Below are positions 31,213-48,310 of a stretch of 64,000 nucleotides of DNA, piece by piece (position 1 is the stretch's first letter; every line of letters begins with the position of its first letter). The DNA is from the human T2T-CHM13v2.0 reference genome, Homo sapiens: the NCBI RefSeq assembly GCF_009914755.1, contig NC_060940.1. One strand, 5' to 3'. The position numbers were made by a program, and so were the translations under genes. The notes beneath the pieces are model-generated. The model saw only the letters and a program-made list of their open reading frames with translations, ran no database searches and was not told where the DNA came from.

Positions 31213-31941
31213 CTGTCCATCACTCCCTTGACTTATTTACCAGATACTATTAAACACCTGTGATTTGCCAGGCAATATTCAAGGTCTTAAGGGTATAGTG
31301 GAATTCCTGCAATTCCTGAAAGCAAGATCTCTGTTCTTATAGAGTTTCTTACTGTTTCTATGTTTAAAAAGTGCTTTAAGCTAGGAGAAAGGCTTAGCAC
31401 CATATCATTATTAAATGCTCTATAGTTGTTATCTTCTGATTAAATGATAAAAAAATTACCCCAGTCAGTATAAATCCTGATTTGGGTTACATCATCTCCC
31501 ACCCTGAATTACTAAATAGGATCTTCCTAGGTGTTTCCTAACTAAAATCCCTTCATCTCAGTCTGCCCTGACTTTTCTCTTCTTCAAAAGCACGTCTGAT
31601 AATTTAAAGCATTCTCCTTAGCTACCTAATACAATGCAGTTTTCACAGGGTGGCAAGCAGGCTCTTTATAAACTGGTTCCATTCAATTTTTTCAGCTTAA
31701 ACTCTGATTACTGGTCTACTATAACCCAACTTCTTTCCATTAGACCCCACTGATACCTCTTTTCCTTCTCTGTATAGAATAATTGCTATGATCATATTAT
31801 TTCCTGTTCCTGAGACTTTCTACATTATTTTCTCTTTCTGAGAGGCCACTCTGTCTCCCAGGTCATCTGCAGTGTCCCCATTAACATTTCTATTTACTAA
31901 TCTTCTGGCTTGAATATCACCTTTTAAGTTTTTATTGTTAA

Positions 31942-32411
<470 letters not shown>

Positions 32412-34204
32412 GTTAATTTTTATATCTGTAGAACTTTACAATATGTATACAGCAAAAACTGGATATATTGCAGTTGAATGCATTTCTCATTCATCCAATT
32501 CACTATTGGAGATACAACATTAGCATTTCATTCCAATGAATTTCTTTTAAACAATGAAAGTAATATTTTCATATTAGTTCCGCTAGGGTAAATTTCAACT
32601 GAGGAGAAATGGATACACGTTGGTGTTAGCTCTTTTCCTTTATTTAAATGATCTATTTCTTTGTTTTGGCTGCTATTTACCATTGTCTTGTTGCAATGAC
32701 TTAGTTCATAATGCAAATCTCTTCAGTCAATAGATACGCTTGAAATAGTTAGCTTGTGGTATGCTGTTTGAATAATTTTTCATCACATTCAGCCGTCCAT
32801 CTGCATACCAAGCACTGTGGAAGGGATGTGGGGGCTTCTGTTGGGAGAGGGGAACGACAGGAGAAGAAAAATTATAATGAAGACAAGGAGAAGGAAAATC
32901 TGGAAATCTTTTCCAGTTTGGCAGTGGCAATCATGGGTACCATAAGTAGTAACAGTTTAATTTTAATTTTTAAGACTGGTTGTTTTCCCTGAAGACCTGC
33001 AGATATGCAATAGGTACTGACTGGTATGTAAAAGTAGAAATGGCATTAGCTTTATCCCTTGACTCCTTCCCTTCTACTTCCCCTTTCACTCATAATTAGG
33101 CACCTTGTGGATCATTAAATCTACTGTGATCCCCCTGTCTCCCCACATTGCACCTGCCTCTCCATGTCCTCCCCCACATCATGCCCCTGAAATGCTCCTA
33201 TTTAGTGTCCAAATGTCACCTCTTCCATCAGCCTTCTCAGACTCCCCACAAAGCAGAACCATTTGTTTTTTTATTTTGTAATCTTATGTTAGTTTGTCTG
33301 TCCCAATATTTTTATTCAGGTAACAACATCTAATTATTTGTTTGTATGCCTGTCTCTCCTTTACAATCATTGGCTCCAAAGAGAGGATGTCTTACCTTGG
33401 CATTCTTAGCAGTTCCATAGGAATGGAATAAAACGGTTGCTAGGTATATATGCACAGAATAAATGATTAAATGATTCAGAAGAAATACTGAGGGTTTTTT
33501 TTTTGCATATTACCTAACACAAGTCTTCTAAAATGTCCAACCATTTCAACGATAATTAGTCTCATTGAAGAATGTTATGAAATGGTTAGTACATGGAAAA
33601 AGCACATTATAATTAGAAATACCATATATGTTTTTCTGTTTGTTTCTCTTCTGCCAAGAAATAAAAGCATTTTTATAATTTAAGCCAGAAAACTTTGTTT
33701 TTGGATGTAAGTGGATATCATTAGATGTGGCATAAACCTTTTCATATGTTGAGCATTTCAGAAACTAGAGCTTATATGTAACTTAAAATGTGAATGATGA
33801 AAACTTCATGGAATCTAATTCTTCATGGAAATAAATGGTCCAAGTGTGCACAGTAGTCAGAATGTGAGGATTGCATCAGATAGTATGTGTTATGTGATAT
33901 ATATTATATTTTGTGTATATTTAATGAGTTTTGTGATTGATCATTATTGTCCCACCATGTCCATTACTTCTTTAAAAATATTGGCCAATGGCTAGTTTAA
34001 CCTTGTGTATACCTGCTCATTCTAAAATCTTTCTCTTGTTACTTTTCAGTATTATGAGTTTTTTATTTTGAGGAGGAAAGAACATGTTGATCAAACTTCT
34101 ACATAATCTCCTCCCCTGAACCATTTGCAAAATATAAAATGTATGTCAGTGGCCCATATCAGCTATAAATGTTGAATGATACGGGTGAATTAGCTTTCCC
34201 TTAA

Positions 34205-34318
34205 ACAAAAGTTCTGTACTCACCAATTGTACTATTTAAAATTCAGTTTCCAGACTAGCTTACAAAAGTTCTGTACTCACCAATTGTACTATTTACAATT
34301 CAGTTTCCAGACTAGCTT
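34205..34318. repeat. 57-bp tandem duplication (2 copies, 1 mismatch)
   Basis: acaaaagttctgtactcaccaattgtactattta(a/c)aattcagtttccagactagctt x2. Confidence 0.95.
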
Positions 34319-36569
34319 CTGCTAAAGTGGAAAACCATTTCTGTCTAATCTCTTTCACTGAGTTAAAAAACAAACAGAACTTTCTGAATATTTTAAATGG
34401 TGGCTTTGAAGAATAAGGTCTGGTTATTGAAACAGAAATCCCCTAGAACTCACCAGAACATAGGGCACTGAAACTGGAAGAAATGTAATTCTGATGTATG
34501 GTTGTACTTTGAGGCAAGCTGAACTCAAGAGGTGTTCGGGGAATTGTAAACCAAAACGTTCCGTCTTGAGTATTCAGTCGGGGTTAATGGAAGGAAAAGT
34601 GTCAGAGTCCCAGCTAAGGCAGCTGGTCCCTAAGGTCTGCTGTAGGTTACAGTGTCATCTGCTTGGGTCTCTTAGGAGGTATGCAATTGACAGGGTGATA
34701 AGAAGCAAACTGGAGAGAGAAACAAGCTGTAGACTAAGAAACAGCACCAACAAGCTGATTTGGCTCAAATGCAATACTCTATCTTGAAAATATCACGATA
34801 CTATCACTGGTGTGTGTGTGTATGTGTGTGAGTGAGAGAGTAAGATTATGTATTTACAATTTTGTTTTCCCAATAGACAGTGAATTCTTGGAGGGCCAAC
34901 TTTTGTATCTTTAGTGACAAGGACAATGGGACACACATGTCCCTACTCTCTGACACCTCCCAAACATGCAGATATGTAGGAAAAGAATTAGTTTCTTGCC
35001 TTTAATCCTACATTGATTTGACAGGCACTCAACTAATTATTGCAGAAGAAACACAAGGAGGGAGGAAGGAAGGAAACTTTATTCTGAATCTTGACTTTTC
35101 CAATAATCTTGACTTAATCTTGCCTTTTTGTTGGGCAAGTCAATTCTTGTATCTCAGATTCTTCATCTGCAAAATGGTTAGGCAAGGCTAGATCCATTTC
35201 ATAAGCATTTTCCAGAATTAATATTTTATGGTTCCATTGAAATCTATAAGTATGAAAAGAAATAAAATTATAAAATGAATTTGCTGGGGAAGTACTTTAT
35301 CCAATCCAATGTTGAGGAAGTAAGTGGTACTAATATCTGCTGCCATTTTCAAGCTTACTTATTATCAGTCTTTAGTGAAACACATGGGCTGCCCTGAAGC
35401 TCGTGTCACTGGGCTGTCAGAGGGGAGTGAAACTGAGGGGGACAATTCAGAGAAAGTTACTTCTTCGGTTTCACAGAAAACTCAAATGATGTCCAGCCTA
35501 GGTACCTTCCTTTTCAACAATGCCAGCACTTTTTAGGGGATAAAGAACTGCTTATGGAGGGCTTTCAGAATCACAGAGAATAGTCATGTGACACAGGGCA
35601 AATTTTTAAGAACAGGTCCTGGTTTTAATATTTCTGAAAAAATGTCTAAAGTTTGTATAAGCTGTAGGAACTATACAGAAGCTGAGAATATTGATGATGA
35701 TGATGATTATTATTATTATAGATGTTCTTTATTATTATAATTACTTCATCTTTTAAGTGGAGATGCCCAACCCATTATCATTATTCTCTGACAGAAGCTC
35801 ATAAAAAATTTTACTAATGCATTATTAATACATTTTAAAATCTTGTGATAAACTCAATTTCATGTAGGAAGAGATGATGCTAAAGTAGATAGCACAGGAA
35901 TTTTGGGACCATATATACATATGAAATAAACACCAACTCAATCTTTTAGTGTATATGACATGTTGGCAAATCAATAAATATCTCTGTCCCTATGTGTTTG
36001 TTAATACAAATAAAAGAAAAAATACACACACAGAAAATAAATATCTATGAACCTCAGTTTACTCTGTGTAAGTTTGTCTTCGTATTTCAATATCAGTGCA
36101 TCTTGGAGGATTAACCAAGAAAACACATGGTCACCTTCTAGTAGAGTGTTGAGAACAAAGCAGACATTAGGTTTTGCACCCCAAATTTATTGAAATACCC
36201 ATTATTTCCCAACAATAAAATAAGAAAACACAATCTCTGTCTTTATGAATATTACTGTTTAGTTAATTCCTTTAAACTTCCCATGTTTCTGAATTAACAG
36301 AGAACATATACTCAAGGGAATATGTATTAGGATGATGAATATTGACAAGGGTAGCATGGACTTGCCAGTCAAGAACAATGGTCTCTGTTCTAGGGTACAG
36401 GCAAAAAAAAAAAAAAAAAAAATCCAATGGCAAAAAGAACCCAATGCCAAAAGGGGCTAACATGATTGAAGAGCAGCCTAAGTCAATCTTCATACTTTGG
36501 TGGCAAAAATTATATTTGAAAATAACAAAGTTAATTATTTGAATATAGCCTGTTACTAGACTCAGTTAT

Positions 36570-37034
36570 TTAAAGATCACAGGGGGTGGAGCCAAGATGG
36601 CCAAATAGGAACAGCTCCAGTCTACAGCTCCCAGCATGAGCGACGCAGAAGACGGGTGATTTCTGCATTTTCAACTGAGGTACTGGGTTCATCTCACTGG
36701 GGAGTGTCGGACAGGGGGTGCAGGGCAGTGGGCACAGTGCACCGAGCATGAGCCAAAGCAGGGCGAGGCATTGCCTCACCTGGGAAGCACAAGGGATCAG
36801 GGAATTCCCTTTCCTAGTCAAAGAAAGGGGTGACAGACGGCACCTGGAAAATTGGGTCACTCCCACCCTAATACTGCGCTTTTCCAGTGGTCTTAGCAAA
36901 CGGCACACCAGGAGATTATATCTCGCGCCTGGCTCAGAAGGTCCTACGCCCATAGAGCCTCGCTCATTGCTAGCACAGCAGTCTGAGATCAAACTGCAAG
37001 GAGGCAGTGAGGCTGGAGGAGGGGCGCCCGCCAT
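36570..37034 (-). other. L1 antisense ORF0-like frame, 154 aa, open
   Basis: MAGAPPPASLPPCSLISDCCASN... matches the primate L1 ORF0 N-terminus. The frame is open to a stop at the TSD edge. Confidence 0.6.
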
Positions 37035-37606
37035 TGCCGAGGCTTGAGTAGGTAAACAAAGCAGCCGGAAGCTCGAACTGGGTGGAGCCCACTGCAGCTC
37101 AAGGAGGCCTGCCTGCCTCTGTGGACTCCACCTCTTGGGGCAGGGCATAGCTAAACAGAAGGCAGCAGAAACCTCTGCAGACTTAAATGTCCCTGTCTGA
37201 CAGCTTTGAAGAGAGTACTGGTTCTCCCAGCATGCAGCTTGAGATCTGAGAATGGACAGACTCCCTCCTCAAGTGGGTCCCTGACCCCCGAGTAGCCTAA
37301 CTGGGAGGCATCCCCCAGTAGGGGCAATCTGACACCTCACACAGCTGGGTACTCCTCTGAGACAATACTTCCAGAAGAACGATTAGGCAGCAACATTTGC
37401 TGTTCACCACTATCTGCTGTTCTGCAGCCTCTGCTGCTGACACCCAAGCAAATGGTCTGGAGTGGACCTCCAGCAAACTCCAACAGACCTGCAGCTGAGT
37501 GTCCTGTCTGTTAGCAGGAAAACTAACAAACAGAAAGGACATCCACACCAAAACCCCATCGGTACGTCACCATCATCAAAGACCAAAGGTAGTTAAAACC
37601 ACAAAG

Positions 37607-38614
37607 ATAGGAAAAAAACAGAGCAGAAAAACTGAAAACTCTAAAAATCAGAGCGCCTCTCCTCCTCCAAAGGAACGCAGCTCCTCACCAGCAATGTAAC
37701 AAAGCTGGACGGAGAATGACTTTGACGAATGGAGAGAAGAAGGCTTCAGACGATTAAACTACTCCAAGCTAAAGGAGGAAGTTTGAACCCATGGCAAAGA
37801 AGTTAAAAACCTTGAAAAAAAATTAGATGAATGGCTAACTAGAATAACCAATGCAGGGAAGTCCTTAAAGGACCTGATGGAGCTGAAAACCATGGCATGA
37901 GAACTACATGACAAATGCCAAGCCTCAGTAGCCAATTCGATCAACTGGAAGAAAGGGTATCAGTGATGGAAGATCAAATGAATAAAATGAAACGAGAAGA
38001 GTTTAGAGAAAAAAGAATAAAAAGAAATGAATGAAGCCGCCAAGAAATATGGGACTATGTGAAAAGACCAAATCTACATCTGATTGGTGTACCTGAAAGT
38101 GACGGGGAGAATGGAACCAAGTTGGAAATCACTCTGCAGGATATTATCCAGGAGAACTTCCCCAATCTAGCAAGGCAGGCCAACATTCAAATTCAGGAAA
38201 TACAGAGAACGCCACAAAGATACTCCTCGAGAAGAGCAACTCCAAGACACATAATTGTCAGATTCACCAAAGTTGAAATGAAGGAAAAAATGTTAAGGGC
38301 AGCCAGAGAGAAAGGTCGGGTTACCCACAAGGGGAAGCCCATCAGAATAACAGCTGATCTCTCGGCAGAAACTCTACAAGCCAGAAGAGAGTGGGGGCCA
38401 ATATTCAACATTCTTAAAGAATTTTCAACCCAGAATTTCATATCCAGCCAAACTAAGCTTCATAAGTGAAGGAGAAATAAAATCCTTTACAGATAAGCAA
38501 ATGCTGAGAGATTTTGTCACCACCAGGCCTGCCCTAGAAGAGCTCCTAAAGGAAGCACTAAACATGGAAAGGAACAACCTGTACCAGCCACTGCAAAAAC
38601 ATGCCAAATTGTAA
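37607..38614 (+). pseudogene. Disrupted L1 ORF1p
   Basis: Start codon mutated to ATA, TGA at 37784 and 37898, deletion near 38420. Confidence 0.9.
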
Positions 38615-38677
38615 AGACCATCAAGGCTAGGAAAAAACTGTATCAACTAACGAGCAAAATAACCAGCTAACATCCTA

Positions 38678-42485
<3,808 letters not shown>

Positions 42486-43651
42486 ACAATGAGAACACAT
42501 GGACACAGGAAGGGGAGCATCACACACCGGAGACTGTTGTGGGGTGAGGGGAGGGGGGAGGGATAGCATTAGGAGATATATCTAATGTAAATGACGAGTT
42601 AATGGGTGCAGCACACCAACATGGCACATGTATACATATGTAACAAACCTGCACATTGTGCACATGTACCCTAAAACTTAAAGTATAATTTAAAAAAAAG
42701 AAAAAAAAAGAAAAAAAGATCGCAAGCATTCCCAAAAAATCTCTGTAACTTTTTCATGCCTTGTTTGAAGCCTTAATTCCAGGAGGAACCCAGCACTTGT
42801 TGAGCATCTTAAGGTTGTGTTTGTTCATTTAACTGTCTCAGCATATTTATTTGAAAGTAGCATTTGTAAGCATCCCCATTGTATAGATGAGGAAATTTGA
42901 GAAATTAAAACATTTTCTCAGGGTCAAACATTTAATACATGTCTCACATGGAATTGAACTCAGATCTATTAGGTTGATGCAATTACTTTTGCACCAACCA
43001 ACCTAATAGTTGGCCTAAAAAAGTTATCCCACTGCCCTTTGTTAAAAAATATCGAGGAAGAAAGGAAAAAAATAAGTGGAATGAAATATTTGAGGGATGG
43101 AGTAAAGAGCAGAGAAATTCCTTGTACCTTTAGGATGACAATATGCACAATTTATCTTCTCAAATATGGTATGTAAGTAATGGGGAACAAGTTGTCTGTC
43201 CAATAATAATGAACTCCTCACAAATCCAAAATTTTTCACCAGCTGCTGAGTAAAATAATCAATTGGTCACTGCTCATTTAAGTTGTTATATGTTTTTTTT
43301 ACTTGAATTCATTTTTTCTCTAAATTATTTTCGGAGTTGACATTCTGTTATTTGCACAAAATATCTCAGTAGAAGATCTTTGGCATTTTCCTTAGTATTG
43401 ACAATAGTTTGTGTAATTATGTGTAGGTGTTTCTGAATGCTTTGAAAACTGATTTGAATGGCTAATTTAGCCACATAAAGGATGAGAAAGTTTCTGTGTC
43501 ATGATTGTGTAAGTGTGAGTGTGTGTTTTCTCAACTGTTTAAATAATTCTATCATGAATAATATGGCGGGGGCCTCTCTTAAGGCCTATATATCATCTAT
43601 CAAAACAAGAGATGAGTCAAATGTAAAGAAGGTAAAGAATATAACTCAAGC

Positions 43652-43830
43652 AGGGAGGAGAGGGTGAGAAGCAGGCAGGACAAATAGCTAATGCATGCGG
43701 GGCTTAATACCTAGGTGACAGGTTGATAGGTACAGCAAACCACCATGGCCCATGTTTACCTAGGTAACAAACCTGCACGTTCTGCACATGTAGCCTGGAA
43801 CTTAAAGTAAAATAAAATTAAAAAATATGT
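43652..43830 (+). mobile_element. Short L1PA8-11-like 3' end
   Basis: L1 3'UTR with TSD atataactcaagc (43639-43651 / 43831-43843). Confidence 0.88.
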
Positions 43831-44787
43831 ATATAACTCAAGCCTGCTGTCTTCATTCAGGAAAGGAAGGAAGGGAAAATATCCTAGGAATTCTGTCTTC
43901 TTGGAGATAGGAAATTGTCTGGAGATATACTGGTAGAAATCTCTAGAAATACAGCTTCCTAGAAATTCTTCCTTCTTTGCAGATTTCTGGCACAAGTAAG
44001 GCATACAAATATACTATTACTGGTTGGAGATTTAGTCCCAATCACACATTTCAACTTCCTTTGGGGGACTCTTTTTTACCTGGACAAGTTATACCTCCAT
44101 ATCGCACCATAGCTAAAACACATACCACAGCTCTTATCACTCAAGTATGAGCAGACCCAAGAGAGGAAAGGGGAAAAACAGTTCAAAATGTGGCGGTTTA
44201 AATATGACTTAGGTGGCTCTCATTATCCCCACTGTAATTAGCAACATGTGTTAAAAGAGAGTACTCAGTGGGTATGCTTGATATTTTCACTGCTGTGAAA
44301 TCTCCAGCCTCTTAATCTGTGACATGTTAAATTGTTCTAGAGTTTGACCAGTTCAGATCAGCATCCTTCTTTAAAATGTAGGAAAGAGGAATGGGATCAA
44401 GAAGAGCCTAGAGCTTCTTTTAAAGCTTTTATATCTTATAGGATTTTTGTTAGGAGAAAATATGGTAGGTGAATGAATGCATATTAAACAGCCCACTGTA
44501 TGGCATTTGTGACACCTTGTAAATAAATTGTTATTAAAACTCCTAGCCTATTATTAGCCTAATTATAATTATTCCTTAAATATAAAGTACATAATACAGG
44601 ACTAACAGAATAAATAAGCCAGCCAGAATTTTAATTAGTTTCATGATGTTGCTACACTATAGGAGAAATTATAGCATATAAAATTTAAAAAATAAGATGT
44701 TAAAATATATAAATAAGAATATATGGTATTAATGTTGTTCTTAATATTAAGTATTCAGCAAATATCCTAAAACTCAATGCTATTGTT

Positions 44788-44854
44788 CTTTTTTTTTTAT
44801 TATTATACTTTAAGTTTTAGGGTACATGTGCACAACATGCAGGTTTGTTACATA
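44788..44854 (-). mobile_element. Very short young L1PA 3' end (about 67 bp)
   Basis: 'ttattatactttaagttttagggtacatgtgcacaac'. TSD aatgctattg (44776 / 44855). Confidence 0.9.
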
Positions 44855-44901
44855 AATGCTATTGATTAGATACATCTGTTCACTTAGAAATCCATGGGAA
44901 C

Positions 44902-45320
44902 TGATATAGTTTGGATATTTGCTCCACCCAAATCTTATGTTGAAATGTAATCCCTGATGTTGGAGGTGGGGTCTGGTAGGAGGTGATTGGCTCATGGGGG
45001 TGGGTTTCTCATAAATGGTTTAACACCATCCCTTTGATGCTTTCCTCCTAGTAGTGATTGAGTTCTCGTGAGATTTGGCTGTTTAAAAGTGTGTGGCATC
45101 TCCCATCTCCTCTTGCTCCTGTTTCCATGTGACCTGCCTGCTCTCACTTTGCCTTCTGCCCTAATTGTAAGCTTCCTGAAGCCTCCCCAGAAGCCAAGCA
45201 GACATTGCCACTATGCTTCCTGCAAAGCTTGCGGAACTGTAAGCCAATTAAATATATTTTCTTTATAAATTACCCAGCCTCAGGTATTTCTTTATAGCAA
45301 TGCGTGAACAGCCGAACACA
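44902..45320 (+). mobile_element. MST (MSTA/B) MaLR solo LTR
   Basis: tgatatagtttgg...aacaca with perfect 5-bp TSD ggaac. Confidence 0.9.
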
Positions 45321-45445
45321 GGAACCAACTCTCCCATAACATTGCCTCAGTTAGAACATAGGTGCCTCACTTCTGTTCTCCATCAAGGCTAGACCAGGTT
45401 AGATGTAATGTTTCAGGCATTGGCTCCTGTATACAAAACTGCATA

Positions 45446-45781
45446 CAGTTGTTCCTCCATAGCCATGGGTTCCATATACATGCATTCAACAAACAATGGA
45501 TCTAAAATATTTGAGGGAAAAAACTGTATCTGTGCTAAATGTGTACAGACATTTTCTCTTGTCATTATTCCCTAAACAGTACAATATAAGGCAATTTTCG
45601 TAGCATTTCCATTATATTAGGTATTATAAGTAATCTACAGGTGGTTAAAAGTATATAGGGGGATGTGCATAGGTTATATGCAAATACTATGTCATTTTAT
45701 AGCAGAGACTTGAGCATCTGCAGATTTTGGTGTCTGCAAGGATCTTGGAACCAATCCTTCGTGGACACTGTGGGATGATTG
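45446..45781. mobile_element. MER2 (Tigger-derived non-autonomous DNA transposon)
   Basis: TA|cagttgttccct ... gggatgattg terminal inverted repeat. Internal 'aggtattataagtaatcta' and 'aggttatatgcaaatacta'. Confidence 0.85.
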
Positions 45782-46599
45782 CATCTGTCTTTCTCTCTCT
45801 ATATTCTGTTTCCCATGAAACTGTGTTGAGAACAAAACCAATGATCAAAATCACTTTTAAATAACATTTCCTCAATTATTCAGAGATTTTTGGTAAAAAC
45901 TGAGTTTTTGTCAGTCATTTAAAAAATGCTCTAAAACTACCCAAATTGTATTTTTTATAACTTTTTTAAAATGGGTGCATTTAAGTCTGGTAGCTAAGGT
46001 ATAATCTCTTCATTTTCTCATTATAATCAATTTAGGCGATCTATCTGCTTAAATAAATAAAAACATAAACTTACTCAGAAATTAAAGACAGGCTTGTGTT
46101 GCTCATGCTCCATGGGCCCTGTCTTTAAATATATTAAAGTTGTGCAAATAATCATTTTTGTCTTCATAGTCAAGTGATCCATATTTGATTAAGCATTAAA
46201 TCACAATTGAATTTATTTTTTTCCTGTGCTATCCCACTCTTGCTTCGAATTTCTGTGATTTGTATTGAACTTGTATCATGTATTTTACTTGTACAATCCT
46301 ATAATTTTCCTTTTTATTTGTTCACACTTCATTGTTGGCATAAGAGAAAATTTGACCCCATCAATTTTCTTTCTATGCCTCAATTTTAATGACTATATGC
46401 TTTAAAGAGTAAATTCTAAAATTTTAATGTTTTTCTCTTCTATTGCCTGAAAGCTGTCATTCAGATAGGAGCAAAACATTGTATTTTAAACAAATAAGGA
46501 TGTTCCAATGTGTATATGATAGTGTAATGTGATGTGGTGTGACAACTATACCTTAATGCAGAAAATACTGTCTATTATAACTCTAAATGGGAAAATTAG

Positions 46600-46930
46600 T
46601 CTTCATTCTGAGAGTAACCATATGCAAAATGCTCAATGGGATATTCCAGAATCTTTGTGATTTGGGTAAAAACTTTGACTCTTGATCTGACACATCTTTA
46701 TGTATCAGCTTTGATAGCAAGTGCATTAACAAATTCTAATTTGACAACTTCTTCCTCAGTATATTTTTGGAAAACCTTAAGATGGCTTACTCTTTTAGAG
46801 ACTGCAAGGTCAAAACCATGGGCGACATCTGTTCTGTACTTGTTGAGGAGATATCCATTGAATTCTGATGCTTCTCTCCATCAGAACAAAGAAAACAGTG
46901 CTTTTAGGGCCTCACAAATGGTGACTTATT
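46600..46930 (-). mobile_element. Probable ancient hAT transposase relic
   Basis: Manual minus-strand translation gives ICEALKALF, CSDG, VAHGFDLAV, EEEVVKLEFVNA and RCVRSRV...IEHF, in hAT motif order. Confidence 0.4.
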
Positions 46931-47371
46931 AGGGGCTTTCTAAAAATGAACAGCTGCTAATTTTCTAATAACTGGAAATGAGGATATAAAGGTATTTTTC
47001 AGGGGTGAGATTCAAGGCCTTCAGGAGCATCACTCCAAGAACTCACACACATGCATGTGATTGTCCTCTGTCTTTACTTCTTGTTTCTCTTGCTTGGTTC
47101 TGTGGAGAACTTGCTGCCAGCCTTTGGATGCAGACCTTATTCAATTGGGGCAAATCCCATTATGACACTTAAACTTGGTGTTTCTTTTGATAAATGCTTA
47201 GTTTTGGCATCCGCCAATATTCCTCAGAGGTCCAATCACTGGTGTACTTTTTATCCTATTACTTAAGTGTTGGTGATGACCACTTGTAACTGGAAGGGGT
47301 AAATGTGTTTCTCACATATTACAGAGTTTCATGCACATGGAATTTTGAAGCAAAAAAAAAAAAAAAAAGAG

Positions 47372-47497
47372 TGCATTAATCAAGATTCTCCAGAGAAACA
47401 GGAGCAATAAGAGATATATAGAAATACAGAGATATAGAGAGATAGAGAATATCTGTCTATTCATCCATCTATTCATCCATCTATTATCCATCCATCC

Positions 47498-47548
<51 letters not shown>

Positions 47549-48012
47549 CTATCCATCCATCCATCTATCATCTGTCTATCTAATCTATTTAACTATCTTT
47601 ATTATACAGAATTGCTTCACATGATTATGGAGGCTGACAAGTCCCAAGACTCACAGTCGGCAAGCTGGACACCCAAGACAGCTGGTGCTGCACATATTAC
47701 CAGTGATGTAGTTTCAGTCTGAATCTGAAGGCCTGAGAACCAGGACAGTTGATGGTGTAAATTCCAGTCCGAGGTCAGGAGAAGCCTAATGTTCTAGCCT
47801 AACATCTTGCAGCTTTTTTGTTCTATGCAAGTTTTAAAGTAATTGGATGGGACCCAGCCACATTAGGGAGGCCAATCTGCTTTACTCAGTCTACCAATTC
47901 AAATCTAATCTTATCCAGAAACACCCTCGTAGACACATCCACAGTAATATTTGACCAAATATCTCAGCACTCAAAGGCTTAGGCAAGTCGATATGTAAAA
48001 TTAATGATCACA
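47372..48012 (-). mobile_element. MLT2 solo LTR containing a compound STR
   Basis: 'ttctccagagaaacag' ... 'aaattaatgatcaca'. TSD a(a/g)gag. Confidence 0.85.
47452..47582. repeat. Compound (TCTA/TCCA)n STR, with 11 perfect TATC units at 47504-47547
   Basis: Direct reading. Confidence 0.93.
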
Positions 48013-48049
48013 AGGAGGGAGAATGGGTTCAACAGGTATTTAAAAGTAT

Positions 48050-48310
48050 TCATAATAGAAAAGTATTTATTGTGTTTATGTGGCAGGCAGTATTCTGAGT
48101 GCTGTTATTGTATCTCAGTTAAAACACTAGTTAGGTAAGAAAAGCGTCACCTCTGTGAGGTGGTTACTATTATTGTCCTCATTTAGCAGATGAGAAAACA
48201 GGCAGAGAAAAATTTACATGATTTGCTGGCACTCATGCAACTGATAAGTATCTGAACTGGGATTCGAACCCAAACTAACTCAGAGTTTAAGCTCTTAACT
48301 GCCATTCTAG
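48050..48310 (-). mobile_element. MIR
   Basis: 'catttagcagatgagaaaacaggc...ctgggattcgaaccca'. Confidence 0.7.

Noticed and set aside
36403-36423. Poly-A run as a retrocopy tail
   Set aside because: There is no nearby AATAAA, recognisable mRNA body or TSD.
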